A stretch of DNA of 62,879 bases, filler included, from Basidiobolus meristosporus CBS 931.73 (taxonomy: Eukaryota > Fungi > Basidiobolomycota): assembly GCA_002104905.1 (NCBI GenBank). It is 3 parts of 3 records of this genome, joined end to end, with 100 filler letters (N's around TTAATTAATTAA, not from the genome) between each part and the next. Parts side by side here need not be neighbours in the genome. Positions count along the whole stretch, not along the records: positions 28,481 to 56,734 come from MCFE01000887.1; positions 56,835 to 62,879 come from MCFE01001360.1; 1 more part is not named here. One strand, 5' to 3'. Below, piece by piece: positions 51,755 to 62,879 of this stretch. Position numbers and translations under genes: made by a program. The notes under the pieces are model-generated. The model did no database searches. It was given only the letters and a program-made list of their open reading frames with translations, and was not told where the DNA came from. How positions within the stretch are numbered: the stretch's first letter is position 1; every line of letters starts with the position of its first letter.

Positions 51755-52950
51755 CCCTGTGAGTAATTATTTTGATCATCCTGTCAAAGGCCATCACAAA
51801 TTCTAAGTCTCATGAATAAGAGGTACTGATCCTGTCAGGACACTATGGAAAGACTCTCAAAAAATAATAGCACCCTAGATCTCACAAAAACTTGGTCAAA
51901 ATTTTCATTGCATCAGTACATAAGTGGCTTTTGATTGGTTCTCTCCCAGTTCTCTCACTTTCTGATCCCAGACACTCAATTACCTCCTATGTTTTTGTAT
52001 GTTAATTGGCTATTGCCTCTTTTTCACACTACCTATATCCTGACTCAATCAATTCCCTATGAAAAATAATTTGGTCCTGCAGGTGAATATAATTCATATC
52101 AGTTGTTAAGATCCCATCAGGAGACCACTATAATACCAGCAGGTTAGAATTAATGACCACCTATACAATCTTGTGATGGGATCACAATGAAATTTTGCTA
52201 ATTTACCGCCAAATAAATTTAATAAAATATAATGGTGTGTGTACAGTGTCTGGCCAAAGGTGGCATGGCATTGTTGCAGTCTTAGTGTACTTTACAACTA
52301 CTTGAGTGGATCTAGCTGGTCAGTACATTCAATTGCCTTATATGGCAAAAAAATAATGGAGTTTTGATGGCCTCTTTGCAAGCCTCTGATAGCATTATCA
52401 TGGCAGTATGGTGGCCTACAGCTAGCTCTGTGTAATGCTACCATACCAATATACCAAATGGTATTTCCTTTTTCTACCTCCACTTGTGCAACTCATATAC
52501 TCCACTGTAGAATCACCCATCTTAATTTGCTTACCAACTACTACTTGGGTACTCCACAAATAGTTTGAATCAAAAATAACTATGGCCTCCTGCTTACTAA
52601 CCTCCACAAACATGCACACCTGCTACAACTGACACACTTCTATAACCTCAGTTTTATGGCTTCTTAGTATGATAATTGCAAAGTTGCCATATGTGTTGTA
52701 CTGCTGGTAACATATACATCTTGCAAACATATGGGTGGTTGTTGACACTTCTGCCAGGAATACCTCCTGAATATCCACAAAGAGCTTTTTGGTCTTTAGC
52801 AGATATATTCCTTCTCCCTGCTAGATTCTGGTCCCCCTTAGAGGTGCCTTCTGGCTCTTGTTTGTGTGAATTCTGTATTGAATGGTGTAGAAGTTGGCTT
52901 ATGACCAAGAGAAATCTGGCATACCTTGGTAGAGTTTTCCCAATAGAAAT
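51755..52950 (-). mobile_element. Nested DNA-transposon termini (51755, 52055, 52113) and an inverted copy of the transposase 3' end
   Basis: CCCTGTGAGTAATTATT (51755), CCCTATGAAAAATAATT (52055), CCCATCAGGAGA (52113); 52113-52950 is the reverse complement of ~49950-50997 with an internal deletion. Confidence 0.72.
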
Positions 52951-55900
52951 ACTGATGAGGATGTGATAGTTACTATCCTGAATAGCCTGACAGACAAGTT
53001 TCAAGGCCTTGTATCAGCCCTAGAGTCCAGAACTGAAGATTTGACCTTAAATTACGTATATGGAAGGCTCCTGGATGAAGAATTAAGGAAATCAAGCGCA
53101 AATAAGAAGGAAGAAGAAAATGCTTCAATAAGCAATGATAACCAACAAAGAAGGTACCCAACACCCTGCAAAGGCAACAGCAACCTGTTTTGTAACTACT
53201 GCAAAAGGAAAGAACACATATCAGACCGGTGTCTCAAAAACAAAGATAATCAGCAAAAGAAGCCTGAATATGGAAAAGCTGCAACAACTGAAGATAGACT
53301 ATTCATATCTGCACTAAATATGACCACAAACAAGGATTCTCAGACGTGGTATATTGACTCTGGAGCTTCTCAACACTTTACACACCAAAAAGAACTTTTT
53401 ACCCAATATCAAGAAATTCCAATTAAGAAGGTTTTCATGGGTGACAATAGATCACTTGATGCAGTGGGAGAAGGAACTATCCAAGTAAACCTAAGAAGCA
53501 GTGAAGGAAGCCATACACTGACCTTTAAAGAAGTACTCTATGTACCAGAAATAGCCAAGAACCTACTATCTGTAAGCAAGGCCACAGCAGAAGGACTCAG
53601 GTTCAGTTTTGACAATTCTGGATGCAGGATCACTGATCAAAATGGTGCCCATATTGCTTTGGGCATCAGAGATCAGAATCTATACAAGTTGACTTATATT
53701 TCATCATATCTGGAAGCCAATATAAGTAACTTAAATGACTAAACACCTATGCTTTGGCACAGGAGATTTGGACACATCAATTTTGATTATTTGCATAAAA
53801 TGATCAAAGATCAGCTAATTTCTGGAGTGAAAATTGATCCCCCAGCTAATTTGGAGCACTGTGAAGCCTGCATATATGGGAAACAAGCCAGACAACAGTT
53901 CAAGAGCTCTGGGTTAATCAAAACTAAGAAAAAATTAGATCTAATTCACTCATATCTGTGTGGACCTATGCAAAATTTATCCTTAGGCGGGATGAAGTAT
54001 TTAATCACTTTTATTGATGATTATACAAGATACACATGGGTCTACTTCATGGAGAGAAAGGAAGAAGCTCTGACTAAGCTCAGGGAGCTTAAAGCCATGG
54101 TTGAGAGAGAAACTGGTGAAAAAATCAAGAAAATACACACTGACAATGGTGGAGAATATACCTCAAAACTCTTCATCCACTTCGGCAAAATTTATGGGAT
54201 AAAGCAAGAGACTACTGTACCATACTCCTCACAGCAAAATGGAGTAGCAGAACAAGCTAACAGATCAATAATTGATATGGCAAGATCTATGATCCATGAT
54301 CAAAAATTATCCTATGATTTTTGGGTGGAATCAGTTGCCACTGCTGTATACCTTAAAAATAGGAGTTATAACAGAATACTTTGTGATTCTACTCCATTTG
54401 AAGCCTGGTATGGATACAGACCAAATGCAGAACATCTAAGAATATTTGGGTGTACAGCATATGCCAAAAAACTGGCCGCAAATCAGTCAAAATTTGTGCC
54501 AAAAAGTGTAAAATGCATATTTTTGGGCTACTGCAATGAGAGTAAGGCATACAGACTCTACAATACCAAAGCAAAGAAGCTTATCAAGTCCAGGGATGTG
54601 TTGTTTGATGAATATTTAAAATTTTCACAAAAAATGACATCAGATGATGACAAATATCTGATCTCAAGTCCACCAATTGTCAGGATTGAATCAGAGCAAA
54701 ACAATGAGAATTTTTTCACTCCAGAGGACTCTACCACTGTGGCTCAGCCAGAATCAGTGCCCAGGAATATCCCAGAAGTGATCATTCCAGTATCAAATGC
54801 CTGGAGATCCAATTGGACAAGAAATAGCCCAAATTACTATATCAATGAGGGCACAAACTTAGCCTATGCCTATTCAGTCCATATTGATGAACCCCAGACT
54901 GTAAAAGAGGCCCTAAATAGCCCTCAGACAAAGTTTTGGAGATTTGCAATGACTGAGGAATATCAGGCCCTGATGGATAATCAAACTTGGGACTTAGTTA
55001 AATTACCAATCAACCAAAAATCAATTGGATGCAGATGGGTCTTCAAGACAAAATACAAGGCTGATGGTACAATTGAGAGATACAAAGCAAGACTTGTAGC
55101 CAAAGGATACTCTCAAACAAAAGGACTTGACTATACTGAGACCTTTGCACCAGTAGCCAAATTTAATTCCATCAGATTAATATTGGCTATTGCAGCCAAA
55201 TATAAGTTTTTTATTCATCAAATGGATGTAAAACTGCATTTTTGAATGGAGAACTTGATGAGGACGTGTATATGGACCAGCCTGATGGGTTTGTTGACCA
55301 AGATAGCCCCCATTTGGTCTGCAAGCTTAAAAAGTCACTATATGGTCTCAAACAATCACCAAGAGCCTGGAATTGCAAGATAGATTCTTATTGGGAATCT
55401 TTGAGTTTCAAAAGAAGTAATGCTGACTATAGTATATACTATAAGCCAGATAGAGCAAATCCAGCTCTATTAGCTCTATATGTGGATGATCTTATTATAG
55501 CCACCAATAACCTAGAAACATTGGAAGGGACTAAATCCAGCCTATCTAAGGAGTTCAAGATGTCCAATCTAGGAGAGAGTAGTTACTACTTAGGGATTAA
55601 GCTCTCCATAGACAGAAGTACCCAGACTATTACCCCAAGCCAATCCAAGTATATTCAAGATATACTAAAGAAGTACAAAATGGAAGACTGTAAACCAGCA
55701 GCTACCCCAATGGAGACAAACCTTAACTTGGTCAAAACTCAACCAAATCAAGAGAGCTTGGTGCCATCTGAAAGCCCTGACTTTCCTTATCAATCTATGG
55801 TTGGCAGTCTGATGTATATCATGCTTGGAACATGTCCAGATATCTCATATTCAGTGGGAGCTGTCAGCCAACATAATCAGAATTATGGATCTGATCATAT

Positions 55901-56734
55901 TGCAGCAGTTAAGCAAATTTTAGATACCTAAAAGGAACTGCTAATATCTGCTTAAGATACACTTATAAGGATTTAGAACAGGATCTTGTGGGACACTCTG
56001 ATGCTGATTGGGGACAAAATTTGGAAGACAGAAGATCCACCACAGGATACACCTTTCTTTACTGTAAAGGAGCAATTTCATGGAATTTGAGAAAGCAACC
56101 AACCGTAGCACTTTCTACTACAGAGGCAGAGTATATGGCAGCCTGTGAAGCTACAAAAGAAGTAATATGGGTAAGAAAACTCTTTACAGATTTAGGCCTA
56201 TGTCAAAAAATGCCTATTACTTTATTTCAAGATAATCAAGGATGTGTTCAATTAGATAGAAATCCAACTTTTCATGCTAGAACCAGGCACATATATATTA
56301 GACATCATTTCATACGTGAAGCTATAGAGAATAACTTAGTTAGCTTAGTTTACTCTCCAACAGATGAAATGATTGCAGACATATTTACCAAACCATTAGC
56401 TAGAGACAAGTTTGAATATCTTAAGTCAAAATTGGGACTAGTCAGTATGAACATTTAGCTGAGTGGGAGTGTTGCAAAAATTTGTATTTCCACCTAAATA
56501 TTCACCTAACTTAGTCACTTAGATCATCACCTTCAAATCCTAGAGAATACTGACCAAATTTCTTGTCAGGATTTACTTAGAATATATTCACCAAAATACC
56601 AGGTACCCAGAACATGAAAATTCTCAAAGTTGTCCAAACAGCCCAAACTTTGCACACATGTTCTTGGAACCTTCCTTAACCTATTCTACGTGTTTGTATT
56701 GCCAAGACCAGGTAAAAGTATAAATACTACTTTT
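52950..56734 (+). mobile_element. Ty1/Copia copy 2: 5'-truncated in gag, pol nearly intact, PPT and 3' LTR (from 56470 into the gap)
   Basis: ORFs 52963-53742, 53749-55245, 55242-55931 and 55988-56458 are separated by one stop and two frameshifts; gag CCHC (CNYCKRKEHISDRC); GAGTGGGAG precedes TGTTGC; same family as copy 1. Confidence 0.96.
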
Positions 56735-56834
56735 NNNNNNNNNNNNNNNNNNNNNNNNNNNNNNNNNNNNNNNNNNNNTTAATTAATTAANNNNNNNNNN
56801 NNNNNNNNNNNNNNNNNNNNNNNNNNNNNNNNNN
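56735..56834. other. Assembly gap with synthetic linker TTAATTAATTAA (56779-56790)
   Basis: Same structure as the first gap. Confidence 0.97.
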
Positions 56835-56888
56835 ACCGGATTGAAGGGCACCACCCCTAACCTATTGGTATTCAACTCCAATCAGTAA
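56835..56888 (+). CDS. 3' end of a subtilisin gene copy cut by the gap (TGLKGTTPNLLVFNSNQ*)
   Basis: Near-identical to 61074-61127. Confidence 0.85.
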   Translation, partial: TGLKGTTPNLLVFNSNQ

Positions 56889-56954
56889 ATCACTCATCAT
56901 TTTTGTCATCGTTCAGATGCAAATAAAAGTATCCGGTTAAATATTAACGTGTTC

Positions 56955-56976
56955 ATATATATATATATATATATAT
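56955..56976. repeat. (AT)n microsatellite
   Basis: Uninterrupted run of about 11 AT units. Confidence 0.9.
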
Positions 56977-57987
56977 TGATAGAGGCACGCAGAGCTAGTT
57001 TTATGAAATTGCCCCTGGCGACATTTGTTGACACACATATCATCTAAGAATGGAACTTATTTTACTAGTTTTGTTTACACCATGCGTAAATAATGCGCTG
57101 GATTGCTCATGATCCATGATAATAAAATTCGAATTATTTTGTTTGAACCATTTCGCAGGTGGCATCTCACTTGGCTGCATCAAATTTCTTCAGGTTCGAA
57201 GAAATAAGCAATCACGTATAGGAAGCAATTTTTCTGTCCAGATAGTAATATATTAACCAGGGATTTCGTATTTTGAATCCCAAACATTGGTTTATTCTAA
57301 GATTAAACCCTCATCGGAGCACCTTACAATAAGTAGAAATTGTTCAGTAGAATAATATCCAGCAATTTATCATATTTTGAATAGCAAGGAGAACTTGGGA
57401 AAATTGTTGAAAGCCATACGCTGAATTACTCATCAATGAAGTGTTGGACCATTTGGTCAGATTCGGATTTGGCAAGGATCGCCACAATTTAATATAAGGT
57501 TAGTACGAGTTTTTTGAAAAACCAAAATAACATCTTGAAGAGCAGGCTTGAGAGATTTCATTCACTTCATTGGACCTCACACATCTTTTCTATGAGGTCA
57601 GGATTATTTGAGTACAGTCGGACCATTTGGTCCGATTGGGATAATCTACTGGCAAGTTGATCATCGATTAGTGCGGATGATCAAGTTATCTTGGTATTCC
57701 AATCAATCAGTAATTGGAAGATTTAACGCTGATTGATCAGCAGTGAATCTTTCTCCAAAGTTTTCAGGAAGATGGTTTTTGAAATCAACGCTGAGCCATG
57801 CCCAATAGCGTAAATCACGCACCAAAATCCCAGTTTCTCGCTTGGTCCAACGAAAAGCAGTGGTTGTTAATCATCGCTCTGACAACTATGGAAGCTGTAT
57901 GGAATGTATTGAATTCACTATAAAAAGGCACTCGCGGGTCCACCAAAATGGCAGAACACAAGCCTAACACTTCATCTACTTCGCAAT

Positions 57988-58331
57988 ATGGCCGGATCGG
58001 TGAGTACACATGCCCACTCTATTCGTAATTCAATACAGTGGTCTGATCTTCATCTAATCCCCAGCATACATACAAATTCCAAGTTGGCATGACCTGCTCT
58101 GGCTGCACTGGTGCTGTCAACAGGGTTCTCACCAAGCTCAACGGTAACTGGCACATCTAGAAGCGAAACAATGTACTCGATAGGCACTAACCACCTTCCG
58201 TATTTCTCTTAGGCGTTACAAAAGTGGAGATTTCCTTGGAGCAACAGCTCGTTGTTGTTGAAGGGACCGCTTCTCAGGAGGAGATCATGAACATCATCAC
58301 GAAAACTGGCAAAACGGTGACTCCGCTTTGA
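57988..58331 (+). CDS. ATX1: Copper chaperone Atx1 (HMA domain), 69 aa; exons 57988-57999, 58065-58143, 58213-58331
   Basis: Spliced MAGSHTYKFQVGMTCSGCTGAVNRVLTKLNGVTKVEISLEQQLVVVEGTASQEEIMNIITKTGKTVTPL*; MxCxxC and KTGK motifs; TATAAAAA at 57919-57926; exons total 210 nt. Absent from the ORF track. Confidence 0.93.
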
Positions 58332-58848
58332 AAACAGAGAGTACATGTTACAATGGACTCTCAGCATCGACCAGATACCTTCCTAATTACCCTGTACAAT
58401 TGCCCAAATCTCCTGTTTAAATTTCCAATAAAATGCTTGCATGCTAAATACGAGTTATTGTATCCTCGGTATAATTCCCACACTAGGTTTGCACTGATTG
58501 CAGCCATTCGGTACGGTAAGAGCTCACGACTTTGTTGACCGTTCGAACACACGGTCTATGCCCCAAATGAGTCCATGGTACGATTCATGTGGTAACGGTA
58601 GGATTTTCAATTCCATCATTGAATTGAACATAAAGGATAGGTAGGGGAAATGCCAGAATGGACACAGTGAGAAAAGAGGGGTGGTTTAAGGCTCTTAGGT
58701 ATTTCAAATACCGACCAAAATTTCGGAAATTTATCAACGTTGAGTATGGAATCAATAATACGGTATATTTGAAATCAAGCGAGAAATCAATGTGGTGGTA
58801 AAATCGGGACTTGGGTGAATTACCTGATGAAACGATTTCTCACTGGTG

Positions 58849-59154
58849 TGTCGAGGCTGAGCAAGTGTTCACCATCTCCGGTGTTCAGACTACGGCAAGT
58901 GCGTGAAGATCTTGGCCCCGGGCCAGGACATCACCTCTGCCTGGATTGGAGGCACCAACGCATCCAAGAAGATCTCTGGCACCAGTATGGCTAGTCCACA
59001 TGTTGCTGGTGTTGCTGCGTTGTACTTGTCGCAAGGTAGATTGAACACCCCAGCCGAAGTCTGCACCGCACTCCAATCCAAGGCCACCAAAGACGCCATT
59101 ACCGGATTGAAGGGAACTACCCCTAACCTATTGGTATTCAACTCCAACCAGTAA
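58849..59154 (+). pseudogene. Subtilisin relic lacking the 5' end and with a 577-bp internal deletion
   Basis: VEAEQVFTISGVQT is joined directly to YGKCVKILAPG through an ACTA microhomology; catalytic Asp and His are lost, GTSMASP is retained. Confidence 0.9.
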
Positions 59155-59863
59155 ATCAAGCGGCACCGAATACCGGTACATTCCTATGTCACGATCACGT
59201 ATAGGCGAATAAAGTCACGATACCTTCATTACTAAGAAATTATGGCATCACCCGTCGTAGTAATTTGATGTATTTGGTAATTCTTACGACTGCTAGTGCC
59301 AGGAATGTGGATGTATTTCGATTTCGCAGTTGGAATTTATGATCATTCTGAGTGGAACGGCATTCGGGTAGGAAAGAAAAATGGCTGGGATCACAAGCAC
59401 AATCTAAAATTGCGCCATTTTGGCACTTCGCATGCAAAACGGTATATAAGGAAAGCTGTTGGATGGTGCCATAACCACATTGATTGTTTCTGTGAAAATG
59501 TTCACGCCCACTCCTGATATGTGGAAAGGATCAGCAATCGTTCGTTCGTGTGCTGATCGATACTATATTGGCCATTGACTTCCACTTGATACGTTTTTCT
59601 CAAAGCTTCAGAAATGGGAGTATTCCTGTTTACTACAACTGCACATATCAAGTGATGGCCGAATACCTGTAATCACCGACTGGCTTGGAGTATGATAATC
59701 AGTCTAGTGCCGTCATTACTTGCCGTGTGAAAGCATTATCAAGGTCACGATATATGTTGACGAACATTATTACAACTCAATAAACCATGGGTTTGAAAAG
59801 ACTATATAAGAGGCTAATGAGCCATTACCTAACGATATCAATACCGCCGAAAATCAATCTACC

Positions 59864-61127
59864 ATGGTCAACTTCCGCACTTTCACTTTGGTCTCTCTGG
59901 TTGCCATTCTTCTGACTGCGCAACTTACTGAGGCTCAAATCGTCGACGTCTCCAACAAGTACATCGTCAAGATCAAGGAAGGTGCTGACTCCAACAAAGG
60001 TAGGAATGCAAGATCGTGGCATGATTGACATGGGAGGATGGTCTAACCAATGCCTGCCGTTGCTCACTGTAGTTGACCAATTCCTGAAGACCAAGCTTGA
60101 CCAGTACAACCGCGGTCGCAGCGGTAACAATGGCCTGAAGAATGAGCTCAAGAGCAAGTTCTCGTTGGAGAGCTTCAACGCCTATGCCGGCACCCTCAGT
60201 CAAGGCTTGGTCTCCGAGCTCAAGGCTCATGGAGATGTTGAGTATGTCGAGGCTGAGCAAGTGTTCACCATCTCCGGTGTTCAGACTAACCCGCCAAGCT
60301 GGGGACTGCCAAGAATCTCTCAGCGTGCTCGTGACACCAGTGCCCCTTACAACTACCCCGACTCAGCTGGCGAGGGTGTGGATGTGTACATCATTGATAC
60401 TGGCATCAATGTCAAGCACACCGACCTCGGTGGTAGAGCCACCCTCCCCGTGAGCTTCATCACTGGTGAGGCCACCGACGACCTCAATGGCCATGGCACT
60501 CATGTGTCAGGTACTGTTGGCGGCAACACCTATGGTGTGGCCAAGAAGGCCAAGCTCATCGGAGTCAAGGTGCTGAGCGGTAGTGGAAGTGGGACCACCT
60601 CGGGTGTCATCTCAGGAGTCAACTGGGTTGCCGAGCAAGCCAAGAAGAGTGGCCGTAAGAGTGTCGCCAACATGTCGCTCGGCGGTGGCAACAGTGAGGC
60701 ACTGAAGCAGGCAGTCAATGCTGCTGTCCAAGCTGGTGTCACCTTCATTGTTGCCGCTGGTAATGAGAGCCAAGATGCCTGCAACGTCTCCCCCGCCAAC
60801 GCCGCTCAAGCATTCGCTGTTGGGGCCACCACCATCTCTGACACTCTGGCCAGCTTCAGCAACTACGGCAAATGTGTGAAGATCTTGGCCCCAGGCCAGG
60901 ACATCACTTCTGCCTGGATTGGAGGCACCAACGCATCCAAGAAGATCTCTGGCACCAGTATGGCTAGTCCACATGTTGCTGGTGTTGCTGCGTTGTACTT
61001 GTCGCAAGGTGGATTGAACACCCCAGCCGAAGTCTACACTGCACTCCAATCCAAGGCCACCAAAGACGCCATTACCGGATTGAAGGGCACCACCCCTAAT
61101 CTATTGGTATTCAACTCCAACCAGTAA
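59864..61127 (+). CDS. Secreted subtilisin-like serine protease (S8A, proteinase K-like, I9 propeptide), 396 aa; intron 60000-60072
   Basis: Signal-peptide-like MVNFRTFTLVSLVAILLTAQLTEA; propeptide KYIVKIK..VEYVEAEQ; triad motifs [19 protein letters not shown]; AAGN; TATATAAGAGG at ~59802. Confidence 0.96.
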
Positions 61128-62045
61128 AGGATCGAGTAATCATAGTATGATATACGTAAGATTGAATAAAGCCACCACATTATCTACAATACTTGAAATT
61201 TATGGAACAAAGGCAAAAGGCATATTGTGACTTGCATCAATCAGTTAAGAAATAACAACGCCATAAGTGCGACTATAATTCAATCCTATTGTCTCTAGTT
61301 GCGGAAAACATCTAGCAATTTGTTGAGGTACGAGGTTTAGGAACGAAATTGGATGGTTGGAATCACAAGGACTCACCAAAAATTCGACATTTGGGCACTT
61401 TACAAGTAATAATATCGTGATAGGGATGTCACTAGGCAGTCAGGTGATATCCAGGTGTATTCAGGAGTTCATTCCGGATATGTGGAAAGGATCGACAATG
61501 ATTTCTGCATATTCAGTGGCAGAACCGGTTGGCTTCTCGATTGCGGGTGGTTCTAGTTTATTTGAAGTTTACCGTAATCATGGAAATTCTGTGGGAAAAG
61601 TCACATCACGCCATAAATCAATGGAGATGGTAAGCAATGGCAATGTAGATTTCCTTCCGAGCTTCCCCCACGGCGAGGAATTCGAGAGAATTATTGTGAG
61701 ATAAGCTCGAAATATGGAAATGATCAGCAGGCATGTGTTTACGTGTCCTATTAACTTGATCAATAACCAAGAGTAGATGGCCATGGTAATTTTCAAGATT
61801 CCGATGCACGACAGTAAGCCGTACCAGTTTTTTCGTGTATGAGACAACTAGGTAACTCGAAGAAGAGTGATCATGGGAGAAATATTGCTCTGCATGTCGA
61901 GATCACTATTAACTTTGGATTATCAAAGGTAAAGTTCCCAAGGGTACTAAATATATGGTTCATAGAAATATACAATATTGCGCACTATAAAAGAGGGCAA
62001 CCAAGTGTTGAAACGCATCATCATTTTCTGATCTAATATTGTAGT

Positions 62046-62879
<834 letters not shown>

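Noticed and set aside
59982-60072. ORF-track starts MLTPTK (59982, 62164) and MIFVHQ (25569)
   Set aside because: Intron read-through; the true starts are 59864, 62046 and 25085.
57988-61127. Functional cluster linking ATX1 and the subtilisins
   Set aside because: S8 proteases are not copper enzymes; proximity is the only evidence.

Overview
Fungal genomic DNA (short GT-AG introns; probably an early-diverging lineage, but the taxon cannot be fixed from sequence alone). It consists of three contigs joined by artificial N-TTAATTAATTAA-N linkers (28381-28480, 56735-56834), so adjacency across the gaps is unproven. About 47 kb (1-19529, 28481-56734) is nested, strongly CpG-depleted transposon DNA: several Ty3/Gypsy elements, a Ty1/Copia family with a probable non-autonomous partner, and a multi-copy EnSpm/CMC (Tnp2)-like DNA transposon carrying a second, divergently oriented gene of unknown function. 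Two CpG-normal gene islands contain: (i) a Ste20/PAK kinase, a head-to-head RPS28/RPS4 pair and a kinesin-5; (ii) an ATX1 copper chaperone inside a tandem array of near-identical secreted subtilisins. No rRNA, tRNA or CRISPR was recognised. The best candidates for new biology are the divergent two-gene CCC-terminated transposon, repeated insertion of Copia into the same spot of its own LTR, a Gypsy element with a possible extra ORF, and CpG decay that hits transposons but spares tandem gene duplicates. All alignments and counts were done by eye, and many TE boundaries are approximate.
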